DNA of 64,000 nt from Minisyncoccia bacterium (lineage in GTDB: Bacteria > Patescibacteriota > Minisyncoccia > Phycocordibacterales > UBA918): assembly GCA_041742075.1 (NCBI GenBank), contig JBGSJJ010000016.1, positions 83,128-147,127 on the forward strand, in the 5' to 3' direction. Under the pieces are notes generated by a model that searched no databases, was not told the origin of the DNA, and saw only the letters and a program-made list of their open reading frames with translations. Positions 1 through 7,770 of this stretch are shown in pieces; position 1 is the stretch's first letter; each line of letters opens with the position of its first letter. A program made the position numbers and the translations under genes.

Positions 1-2
1 AA

Positions 3-89
3 GAAAAGCATGGCGAAATCACTGCTAGTTGGAATCCAAACGTCGTGAGCCCGGTACAACGTGCCAATCCCCCGAGTGAACTCAGTTAA
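3..89 (+). CDS. 3' end of an unidentified CDS (partial)
   Basis: Open frame EKHGEITASWNPNVVSPVQRANPPSELS* ending TAA 87-89, followed by a hairpin. Confidence 0.45.
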   Translation, partial: EKHGEITASWNPNVVSPVQRANPPSELS

Positions 90-112
90 ATTGTGATTAG
101 CTTCACATCCCT

Positions 113-147
113 AAAACCTACCTATCATTAATGATAGGTAGGTTTTA
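113..147 (+). terminator. Intrinsic terminator hairpin
   Basis: Perfect inverted repeat taaaacctacctatcat-ta-atgataggtaggtttta followed by an A/T-rich tail. Confidence 0.7.
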
Positions 148-206
148 ATTTTGATTAAAATTAGATTTGTTGTATAGTTCGAAATAGATTCGATAGTGAG
201 GTCACC

Positions 207-785
207 GTGAAAAAAGTCGCTCGAACTGCTCTTCTTGTGTCAGGAAGTGAAGAACGTCACGCAAGACAACAAGTGCTATTCTCAGAGTATCTTGTCAGCA
301 TTGGTGTCGATGTTCGCATGCAAAATTATGCAAAAGCCCAAGTTATACTTGAATCCATTAATTCCGCAGTAACTGATACTCCAGACGATGGGATTCTGCT
401 GATTGCATTTTATGGCCATGGTTCTCCCAAAGGCTGGGAATCAGCATCACGCTTTGGTTCAGTTACCTACCGAAAAATTATTGACGCTATCTCATCAGTG
501 AAGTTGAGGGTTCAGTTTGTTAACACCACCTGCTATGGACATTACTAAATTAAGGAATTAGTTGGCAGAAGATCAGGCCTTATAACAGGAGTTATTACCA
601 CCTGGGAAAGCTACTCAGTGTCTTACGACAATACGATTAGAGATGTCCAAGAAGCTTGGGGAACAAATACTTTGCCAGACAACATGCGACAAATCTTTTC
701 AAGTGAAGAAGTTGATTATGATGCTGAGTTTATGGGAGTGCAACGTTGGGGTGCTATACACGATCAGTATTTTTTCAGGAACTAA
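207..785 (+). pseudogene. Caspase/gingipain-fold (clan CD) peptidase-like gene interrupted by an in-frame TAA at 546-548
   Basis: LIAFYGHG and VNTTCYG resemble the His-Gly/Cys dyad; the same frame stays open after the TAA until TAA 783-785. Confidence 0.55.
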
Positions 786-871
786 ACTTTTATTATGGGC
801 TTCGTGCCTAGGGCTCACGCATGTGTGGGCCTTTTTCTTTGTTTCAAGGAGTTCGAAACATATTTCCCTAA

Positions 872-1166
872 GCGAGACGCCAAGCGTGTACTCGCCTCGG
901 GAAAGGCTCGTACACTGGGCGTTCGCATAAGAAAAACAGTCTTTGTTTCCCTATTGTAGGACGCTAGCGTATTTTCTCCCTGGTGGGTTGTGTAAAACAA
1001 GGAACGCGGTGACTATGTTTTTCATACATAGAAAATTCTATTCCTAATGGATTTTCTATGCTTCAGGTAGTTCGAGGTGAAGAATCGCCCTGCACGGATA
1101 GTGCAGAGCTCCCGCAGGACGCTAAGCGTGAATGCTCCCTATTGGGTCGCATTTCACGAAGCGTCG
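872..1166. repeat. Cluster of three degenerate GC-rich hairpin repeats starting GACGCY(A)AGCGT
   Basis: Copies begin at ~876, ~960 and ~1118; the first and third fold into long imperfect stems. Confidence 0.5.
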
Positions 1167-1190
1167 GAATTTATGCCCTAGAGGGTATAA

Positions 1191-1228
1191 GGGAAACATA
1201 TAAATAGCTTTGCTATTTATTGTTTCCC
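1191..1228 (-). terminator. Hairpin directly after the displaced original ychF stop codon
   Basis: gggaaaca-t-ataaatagc-ttt-gctatttat-tgtttccc inverted repeat abutting TAG at 1228-1230 (-). Confidence 0.6.
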
Positions 1229-1264
1229 TAAATCCTAAACTCTATAACACCACCATCTTCTCAA
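1228..1264 (-). repeat. Left prophage att junction: displaced ychF 3' end plus 22-bp attP arm
   Basis: Minus strand 1260-1228 reads E D G G V I E F R I * (22/33 nt identical to the ychF end); 1243-1264 is a 20/22 inverted repeat of 37661-37682; spacer tcctaaactc. Confidence 0.85.
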
Positions 1265-1402
1265 CAAGTGGGCTATTGTTGAAAATAGCCCTAGAAACCT
1301 TGAGAATCGTCGATTTGCCCGTCTACTAAGCCCACAAATGCAATTTTCCGGCCTTAGTAGGCGAGCAACCTTTTTGTTGGTTTTCAATGTACCTAAAAAC
1401 AG

Positions 1403-1422
1403 TATACCAAGCGCTTGGTATA
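1403..1422. promoter_or_regulatory. Perfect 20-bp palindrome TATACCAAGCGCTTGGTATA, putative operator
   Basis: Partial copies at 1576-1588 and 10106-10117. Confidence 0.6.
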
Positions 1423-1426
1423 AATA

Positions 1427-1567
1427 TCAAGTGCCAGCGGGCTTGGTCTTTCCCCACCGTACCTTGGCTGCCTTTTTACCAATTTCTTTGAAGTGCTTTT
1501 TACCGTACTTCTTTTTGGTAGTAGTGCCACCCTTTTTACCCAGTTCTTGTGCTGCTTTATTCTTCAC
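1427..1567 (-). CDS. Small basic KGG-motif protein (46 aa)
   Basis: Hand translation MKNKAAQELGKKGGTTTKKKYGKKHFKEIGKKAAKVRWGKTKPAGT; TGG-TATAAT lies just upstream of the GTG. Confidence 0.75.
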   Translation of the reverse strand: MKNKAAQELGKKGGTTTKKKYGKKHFKEIGKKAAKVRWGKTKPAGT

Positions 1568-1606
1568 TTGGATATTATACCAAGCGCTCATTATTTTTGA
1601 AATAGG

Positions 1607-2524
1607 TTATTGTCCCCTGAATTTGCGGTATCGTTTTTCTGCTTGCTTTCCGTACATCATTGTATAAATCATCGAGCTTTCAATGCATGAGTGTCCGAGG
1701 ATGTTTGTGACATCAGAGTTTGAACCTCCTTGTTCAATAATATTTCTTCCCATGTAGTGCCTCATTGAGTGAGCGTTCAGTGGCCGTACGAGACCAGCCT
1801 TGTTTGAATATCCTCTAAGCATCTCGCAAACACCGCTTGGCTTGAAACGTAAGCCCCGAGTTTTATTTGTTCCTGAGTTATGTATCGAAATGAAGAGTGC
1901 GTTTGGATCACGCAAGGCATTGGCCTGTTTAAATCTTTCTCTGCGATCAATCCATTTACTGATTGCTTCACTAGTCTCTTTTGTCCAGAATATTTCTCGG
2001 AGGGGTCGGCGAGTTTTCGCTTTCTCAGTTTTAATCAAGGCTTTATTGTTCACCAGATCAAGATCATCCATATCGAGATTCAAGATTTCACCATTTCGTG
2101 CGCCGGTATCCCAGAGTAGTCTAATGATTGCTGTATTTCTGACGTTTCGTGGGTCTGTATTCTTAGGTATGATATCAATCAACTTTTTAAATTCTTCCTT
2201 CGTAGCTACACGAGGAATTTTATATTCCTTTTGCGGAATTGGTATTAAATTTTCATTAAGGACCTTCCATCCTCTCAAATTACAAAATTCAAAAAACTTT
2301 TTATATGCCATGCATTTTGAAATGAAGCTATTGTGAGCCCATCCCATCTCTTTCATCAAATTTAAATATTCCATCATGTCATTAAGCGTGATGTCTTCGA
2401 TATGTGGGTTACGTAGAAACACACTAAAGAGCCGAAGGTCTTTGTCGTTACCTCGGGTAGTAGTGCCATTTATCTTAAACGTGCGCCAGTTTGTGAATTC
2501 GTCTATAGCGTCTTTGAATAGCAT
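1607..2524 (-). CDS. int: Tyrosine recombinase/integrase (XerC/D-like)
   Basis: TGARNGE, HSMRH, LGH and IYT catalytic motifs intact; ATG 2524 preferred because GTG 2551 lies inside a terminator stem. Confidence 0.93.
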   Translation of the reverse strand: MLFKDAIDEFTNWRTFKINGTTTRGNDKDLRLFSVFLRNPHIEDITLNDMMEYLNLMKEMGWAHNSFISKCMAYKKFFEFCNLRGWKVLNENLIPIPQKEYKIPRVATKEEFKKLIDIIPKNTDPRNVRNTAIIRLLWDTGARNGEILNLDMDDLDLVNNKALIKTEKAKTRRPLREIFWTKETSEAISKWIDRRERFKQANALRDPNALFISIHNSGTNKTRGLRFKPSGVCEMLRGYSNKAGLVRPLNAHSMRHYMGRNIIEQGGSNSDVTNILGHSCIESSMIYTMMYGKQAEKRYRKFRGQ

Positions 2525-2540
2525 AGGGATTTTTCCAACC

Positions 2541-2575
2541 AAAAAGCCCACTCGATGCTACTCTTGTGGACTTTT
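2541..2575 (-). terminator. Intrinsic terminator/attenuator immediately upstream of int
   Basis: AAAAGUCCAC-AAGAGUAGCAUCGA-GUGGGCUUUUU. Confidence 0.75.
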
Positions 2576-2750
2576 CAGTGGCGGTTCTATCCTTGCGGAC
2601 AGTTGGCCGTTCCCTAGCTAGGGAGACATTTCCTTGCGGAGATGCCATATACATTCTATCCCTAGCTGGGGACAAAGTCCATTGGTAGCATCGGGACCGT
2701 TGCCGGCCCAGATCCCTTTCGGGACAATGGATTCATATTCGGTTGCCACT
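2541..2750 (-). ncRNA. Structured ~210-nt leader/ncRNA with a C4/CI-like three-way-junction domain (2678-2731)
   Basis: Six short hairpins (GAAA, GCAA x3 and YAGCUA x2 loops); 5' AGUGGC pairs with 3' GCCACU; domain duplicated at 37111-37161. Confidence 0.7.
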
Positions 2751-2781
2751 ATAATCTATTATAGTGGCTGTCTATTGTCAA
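2745..2781 (-). promoter_or_regulatory. Sigma70-type promoter overlapped by a 24-bp palindrome
   Basis: TTGACA (2781-2776), TATAAT (2763-2758) and TAGATT (2758-2753, 17-nt spacing); GCCACTATAAT-AG-ATTATAGTGGC. Confidence 0.7.
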
Positions 2782-2858
2782 TACCCTTAATGTATGGTCT
2801 AAAGAGTTAGGGAGCATATGAACAAATAAGTCAAGTAAAATAAGGGTATTTAGAAACT

Positions 2859-2899
2859 AAAAAAAAGAAAGTCGCACCACCCAATAGGGCGATGCGACT
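2859..2899 (-). terminator. Intrinsic terminator insulating the int unit from cargo genes
   Basis: AGTCGCATCGCCC-TATT-GGGTGGTGCGACT followed by a U-rich tract. Confidence 0.75.
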
Positions 2900-2921
2900 G
2901 AGTTTTAATAAAGAGCTCAGG

Positions 2922-3923
2922 CTATCCTAGTCTTTTCCTTACTTTTTCCAAGAACACCCTGATCTCCATGTTTTGATCAATTTGCCCAGATTTGGCTCCA
3001 ATTTCGATAGGTATTGAAACCCTTGGGTTAGCCCTTAGAAGCTCCCCTATCGTCATTTTTTGCCCTACACGGCCAAACAGCTCAATACTGGTATCCAGGC
3101 AAAGCCTCGACAATTCTCTAGCTCCCTCAATCGGCAAGCTTGCCCACTCCTCAATCTTGCCGAACGGCAATATGTAGGGATAGGCAGAACTGAAACCCTC
3201 TGCGCTTCGGACCGGCATGAAGCTATTACCAGATGCTTCGCCTAAGACACGTCCGCAGTTGGGGATGAACGGAATGAGATCGTGGTCAGGAATCCAATCA
3301 AGAAGGCTCTCGATTGGATGCACTATGACGAGCTCACCCCTGAAGAACTGACCGAGGACAAACTTTGCCCTTGTACAACAGAACCCGATGACAATCGCCG
3401 TGACTGTGACGCCTCGACTATTGAGCTCATGAAGTACGGACCGAAGTGTGCCGCCGCTGAATGCCCCATCCTCAATGAGGACAACGGAGCGCCCAGCAAA
3501 CTTCTTTGCCAAATCATCATACTGCTTTGCGAGTGGCTTGAAGCCTGGACGAGGACCGTGTCCTATCAACTGACCATCCGCATTGAACAGACGGTTGATG
3601 TTGAGGAGTAAGCCTTCGCTTTTCGGATTCGAGTCGGCAATCTCTGGACATGTGCTGAGGACCGCTTGCTGAGCAAGGTCAGTTATACGGGAATCAACTT
3701 GCTCCCAGATTTTTCGCCTGAGTTCACCCATCTCGATCGTATCGATCATGATGCCTGGAAGAGCCTGCTGTATCTTTTGAAACAGGCTCCTGTGAAAGCG
3801 TTCGAACAATTGGTCATTCGGACGCGGGATTGTGATAGTCTTCGGACGAAACGCCTGAAGACGACTTGCCACGTCATAGGTAACCACGTAGGTCCCATGA
3901 CGATCTGATTCTGTTGAATTCAT
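2922..3923 (-). CDS. Phosphoribosyltransferase-domain protein
   Basis: PRPP-binding motif VVLIEDGAFSGGTL. Confidence 0.7.
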   Translation of the reverse strand: MNSTESDRHGTYVVTYDVASRLQAFRPKTITIPRPNDQLFERFHRSLFQKIQQALPGIMIDTIEMGELRRKIWEQVDSRITDLAQQAVLSTCPEIADSNPKSEGLLLNINRLFNADGQLIGHGPRPGFKPLAKQYDDLAKKFAGRSVVLIEDGAFSGGTLRSVLHELNSRGVTVTAIVIGFCCTRAKFVLGQFFRGELVIVHPIESLLDWIPDHDLIPFIPNCGRVLGEASGNSFMPVRSAEGFSSAYPYILPFGKIEEWASLPIEGARELSRLCLDTSIELFGRVGQKMTIGELLRANPRVSIPIEIGAKSGQIDQNMEIRVFLEKVRKRLG

Positions 3924-4035
3924 GAGACATCCTTGTTTTTTGTTTATGAAAAAGAACGGGCACTAGCCCGCTTTTATTTTATCTTTTATGCATTCAACTT
4001 GCTACTTTTTTCTTTATAAAAACTTTAGCTTTTCT

Positions 4036-4359
4036 TTAATTATTCTTGAGACGATCAATCAACATTTTGTAGCCTCCACAACCCTCTTTCAACCATCGAT
4101 TTATTTTTGCGATCGTGTTCGGAGAAACCATCTCATCACCAGCCCACTTTTCTTGGATCTGAGTGAATGACATACCCGAATCAAGCATTTTTGCTACCTC
4201 CCATCGCATTGCAAACTCTCGCAAGTCACGCTCACTCATAAGGTCGCGGAAGAATGCTTTCAGTTCATCCTCATTTTTCAACGACAAGAACGCCTTGATT
4301 AAGTCAGGTGATTTTTGTTCTATTTCTTTCCAAATGTTATTTTTTTCTTGATCGTCCAT
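4036..4359 (-). CDS. TrpR-related (YerC/YecD family) protein
   Basis: FFRDLMSERDLREFAMRWEVAKML..TIAKINRWL pattern. Confidence 0.85.
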   Translation of the reverse strand: MDDQEKNNIWKEIEQKSPDLIKAFLSLKNEDELKAFFRDLMSERDLREFAMRWEVAKMLDSGMSFTQIQEKWAGDEMVSPNTIAKINRWLKEGCGGYKMLIDRLKNN

Positions 4360-4401
4360 ATTTATCTGATTATACCACTTTTGAGTGAATCTAGGGAGTT
4401 T

Positions 4402-4812
4402 TTACTTTTTCTGTTCTATAAGCCAATCCAATGCTTCATAGATCGCATATTGGTTCTCTCTCGTGTTCATGTGGTACAGCGAATCGGTCTTATTATTTTT
4501 CTCTAAAGCAATGAGTTCTGATGCCATAGGCGAGTCGTCAAACCATACAAAATCTTCACTCATATCAATTGCATCAGTTTTCAAAACATCCCAATCCGTT
4601 GCTTTGATTTTTGTTGCAAGATCTATAGTATCTTGCACAACGTTGTTTCTTCTTAAAGAGTTCAAAGCACCCTCTGAATCACCTTTGCAATGGGTTGTTA
4701 GCCAGTAACAATCGTGGTGCTGAATCACGTATTCTAAAAATTCATGTAAACCCTTTGCTGGCACACTATTTTGACCGAGTAATGTTCCGTCTATGTCTAG
4801 GTAAATTTTCAT
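4402..4812 (-). CDS. Small HAD-superfamily protein
   Basis: N-terminal YLDIDGTL motif and WFDD. Confidence 0.75.
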   Translation of the reverse strand: MKIYLDIDGTLLGQNSVPAKGLHEFLEYVIQHHDCYWLTTHCKGDSEGALNSLRRNNVVQDTIDLATKIKATDWDVLKTDAIDMSEDFVWFDDSPMASELIALEKNNKTDSLYHMNTRENQYAIYEALDWLIEQKK

Positions 4813-4832
4813 TTATAATTAGTTTCATTTTA

Positions 4833-5201
4833 TTATTCCATATGTAAATAAATCTTTTGTTCTCTAATCTTTGAAGCCTCAGCGAGGGCAGAGGCTATCT
4901 CGTCCTTATGCAGACGGACCATTTCGTTGGGTACATGCATTGTGTCGTATCCATTCTTGTGGGAATAGTAACCTCTACTCAAATCGGATACGATTTGGTT
5001 TGGATCAGTCAAATGCTGAATTCCATCAACCTCAATATTTAATTTTGCCTTCGGAATTGCTAGATCAATGTGTTTGTGACCGTCATGGAGCTCAATTAAA
5101 ACTCTCACACCCTTTTCTTCAAGTGCTTGTTTTAAATCTGTAGCTTCCTTGGTTGGATTACGATATTTTTTTATTATTTTTATTTTATCTTCTGTATTCA
5201 T
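4833..5201 (-). CDS. DUF559/Vsr-like PD-(D/E)xK endonuclease
   Basis: IDLAIP..LNIEVDGIQH motif. Confidence 0.75.
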   Translation of the reverse strand: MNTEDKIKIIKKYRNPTKEATDLKQALEEKGVRVLIELHDGHKHIDLAIPKAKLNIEVDGIQHLTDPNQIVSDLSRGYYSHKNGYDTMHVPNEMVRLHKDEIASALAEASKIREQKIYLHME

Positions 5202-5211
5202 TTGTTTTATT

Positions 5212-6090
5212 TTACCAGCAAATGTCGGCTTTCTCACCTATTTTTTCTTCAACATATTTTTTAACTTCTAGAAACCCACCAATCTCGTCTATAAGTCCGA
5301 GCTCCTTTGCTTTTTCCCCAAGAACAGAAGACCCATCTGCTATCGATCGAACCCTATGAATTGGGATATTTCTACTTTCAGCAATGTCTTGAATAAAGTT
5401 TTCGTGAACAATTTTTAGATCTCTCACTATGATAGCTTTTTCTTCTTCAGTGAGTAGTTTGTCTGGACTGCCCGCATCTTTATACTTACCCGCACTCAAT
5501 TGTACATACTTCACGCCATCTTTTTCATTCTTTGCTACATTTTCCAGGTAGGAGATTGTGACGCCGATACTCCCTACGTCAGAATTCTTTGACGCAAATA
5601 TTTTATCAGCCGTAATGATAGACCAGTATGCGGCAGATGTTCCACTTTGTCTGATAAAAGCAACAACAGGTTTTGAAACTGATTGAATAGTTTTTGCAAT
5701 TTCTTCACCTGCTACAGGATATCCGCCCACTGAGTCTACCTCGATAATAACTGCTTTGATCGCTTCATCCTCATCGGCAGATATCAATGCTGACATAATT
5801 TCCTCACTACCAACCACATCTTTGTCGCTCATCAATTCATCATCATTTGATTCAGGTACATATGTATAAAGATCTCCATGAAGATTAATGCCTAGCACAT
5901 TACAGCTACTTGTATCACTCTCTGCATATCCAGAATCGTCACCGTAAGTGACTGATCCTTTGGTGATAGCATCGTATGCGTAATTACTTCCGATACTTAG
6001 AATAAAAAATATTAGCAAAATACCGACTGCATAAAACTTTAGTCGGTGTTTTGTAACAAATTCAAGTGCTTTTTTTTCTGAGTGGTTCAT
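5212..6090 (-). CDS. sppA: Signal peptide peptidase SppA (S49)
   Basis: DSVGG, SAAYW, VGSIGV, AGKYKD motifs; N-terminal TM segment. Confidence 0.9.
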   Translation of the reverse strand: MNHSEKKALEFVTKHRLKFYAVGILLIFFILSIGSNYAYDAITKGSVTYGDDSGYAESDTSSCNVLGINLHGDLYTYVPESNDDELMSDKDVVGSEEIMSALISADEDEAIKAVIIEVDSVGGYPVAGEEIAKTIQSVSKPVVAFIRQSGTSAAYWSIITADKIFASKNSDVGSIGVTISYLENVAKNEKDGVKYVQLSAGKYKDAGSPDKLLTEEEKAIIVRDLKIVHENFIQDIAESRNIPIHRVRSIADGSSVLGEKAKELGLIDEIGGFLEVKKYVEEKIGEKADICW

Positions 6091-6110
6091 GTGTCAATAT
6101 TTTATCACTT

Positions 6111-6266
6111 TTACATTTCTTCCGCTATTTCGGCAGCTTCGTCCTCGTCAAGACCTTCCTGATCCATAATCTCCTTTATTTTTTCAGCATCCTCAATATC
6201 CACTCCCTGATTTTCAGCTATTTCTTCAATCTCTTTTACTTCTTCTGGATCTTTGTCATCAAACAT
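6111..6266 (-). CDS. Very acidic 51-aa protein
   Basis: Hand translation MFDDKDPEEVKEIEEIAENQGVDIEDAEKIKEIMDQEGLDEDEAAEIAEEM; fills the gap between two genes. Confidence 0.75.
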   Translation of the reverse strand: MFDDKDPEEVKEIEEIAENQGVDIEDAEKIKEIMDQEGLDEDEAAEIAEEM

Positions 6267-6281
6267 AAGTTTATTGATTAC

Positions 6282-7766
6282 CTATAATATATTTAACAGT
6301 CGCTTAAAAATCGCATACATTGCGTAGGTATCTAGATTACAGTAAATCTTGAGCGCATTGATGAGTTCAGTTGCTTCTTCCTTTGAATACTTGCCGTCTA
6401 CTATTTTCTTCCATGCCTGAGATGCCGTACCACCTTCTTTGATCAAAAGTTCTTTATATGAAAGCTCCGGCACAAGAACAGGAAGAACCTTTTTAATTGA
6501 GCTACTACCTTTAAAATCCTTATGCACATAATATTGCTTTGAAAATATTTCCATGAGATCGAAAACTCTCGCATTTATTTCTTCAAAGAAAGCCTTATAC
6601 TCTGGCAGTCTTATTCCCATTTCCGTATTTCTTGATTTTTCAAAAGGCTTATACCACACGATCACACTTCCTTTAGGACCGATTTGGGATTGAAGAGACT
6701 TTGCTAATGCAGGGCAAGGATCACCGGATTCGGTGTAGATAAAATCAAAACTTTGAGGCGCCGCACCAGGTGTTTGAACAATTTGAAGTGAATATTGAAA
6801 TGGTATTTGATCATACGATGAGTAACCATCAAACAACGGGATTGCTGATGGAAATGTTTCGTAATCCAGAAAATAAAGCGGGTATTCCAGTTTATCGAAC
6901 TCATCCGCAATCATGTCTTTTTTAATGAGTACCCGGTCTCTTATGTGTGTATCGATCTGATTTTGCTGTGATTCACTGAAAACAATCCTTCCATCTGCCT
7001 CATGAATGTGAAATACGTTACCATCGATAAGTTCCATCAGTTTCTTTTTGCTGCTACCTATTCGGTTTAAGTCGTGTACCGAATATTCTGGAATATGAGG
7101 GTTATTATGTTTAAATGTAGAGCAATGGCTACTTCTTCCTTTGTAAACGCAACAGCAAGGACCATTGGGCTCATTCTCAGAAGACAGATATTTTAAAGCG
7201 ATATTCATTTCATCCCACACTACAGAGATCATGTCTGCTATTACCTCACTCACTTCGTCTATTGAAAAAAGCTTTATGATATCTAGTTCCCCATTCCTCA
7301 CATACTCCTTATTGAGATGCAGAAGGTTGATACCTGTCACTCTTACCCCACACTTGTGTAGTAAAGCTACTTGAAATGCGAGGTCATAAAGATGAACTTT
7401 CTCACCCACTTCATTCGTAGCCTTGATCTCATATATTTGATAACCGTCATTTTCTGGATCGTATTTGAGTACATCGACCGCTGCGAGAAATCCATCTTTA
7501 ACGAAGATGGGCTGGAAAATAGTTTGACCCTTCTTGGCGACAAGATCGAGAGTATCAAGTCGAGCTTTCTCATCTCTGCCTTCTATAAGCACACCGCTTG
7601 GAAAGAGCTCACGGGCCACAAGCTCAACCTCGTTACCAGTTTCAATGATATGCTTTTCGAATTCGGAAAGTTCAGTTGCATAGTAAATATCCGGCTTGTG
7701 AATTTTCATCCAAGCATTCTTTGGGCATTCTCTATAAAGTATGTAATCAGTTTTTGATAGCGTCAT
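6282..7766 (-). CDS. DUF2779-containing protein (RecB-like nuclease plus DEDD/RNase H-like domain)
   Basis: D..YEIKAT, DLAFQ, FLDYET, IPFQYSLQ, SIKKVLP, YCNLDT motifs. Confidence 0.8.
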   Translation of the reverse strand: MTLSKTDYILYRECPKNAWMKIHKPDIYYATELSEFEKHIIETGNEVELVARELFPSGVLIEGRDEKARLDTLDLVAKKGQTIFQPIFVKDGFLAAVDVLKYDPENDGYQIYEIKATNEVGEKVHLYDLAFQVALLHKCGVRVTGINLLHLNKEYVRNGELDIIKLFSIDEVSEVIADMISVVWDEMNIALKYLSSENEPNGPCCCVYKGRSSHCSTFKHNNPHIPEYSVHDLNRIGSSKKKLMELIDGNVFHIHEADGRIVFSESQQNQIDTHIRDRVLIKKDMIADEFDKLEYPLYFLDYETFPSAIPLFDGYSSYDQIPFQYSLQIVQTPGAAPQSFDFIYTESGDPCPALAKSLQSQIGPKGSVIVWYKPFEKSRNTEMGIRLPEYKAFFEEINARVFDLMEIFSKQYYVHKDFKGSSSIKKVLPVLVPELSYKELLIKEGGTASQAWKKIVDGKYSKEEATELINALKIYCNLDTYAMYAIFKRLLNIL

Positions 7767-7770
7767 ATGG

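Noticed and set aside
643-1667. ORFs 643-930, 815-1000 and 1338-1667
   Set aside because: Shadow frames over the pseudogene, hairpin repeats or the antisense of the KGG gene; no protein-like features.
2525-2675. Int start at GTG 2551 and the 66-aa ORF 2475-2675
   Set aside because: Both run through the terminator/structured RNA; ATG 2524 fits better.
2577-2750. Bridge/guide RNA for an RNA-guided recombinase
   Set aside because: By eye I found only ~5-nt matches between the RNA and reconstructed attB/attP, and attP has conventional protein-type inverted arms. Not supported, though not formally excluded.
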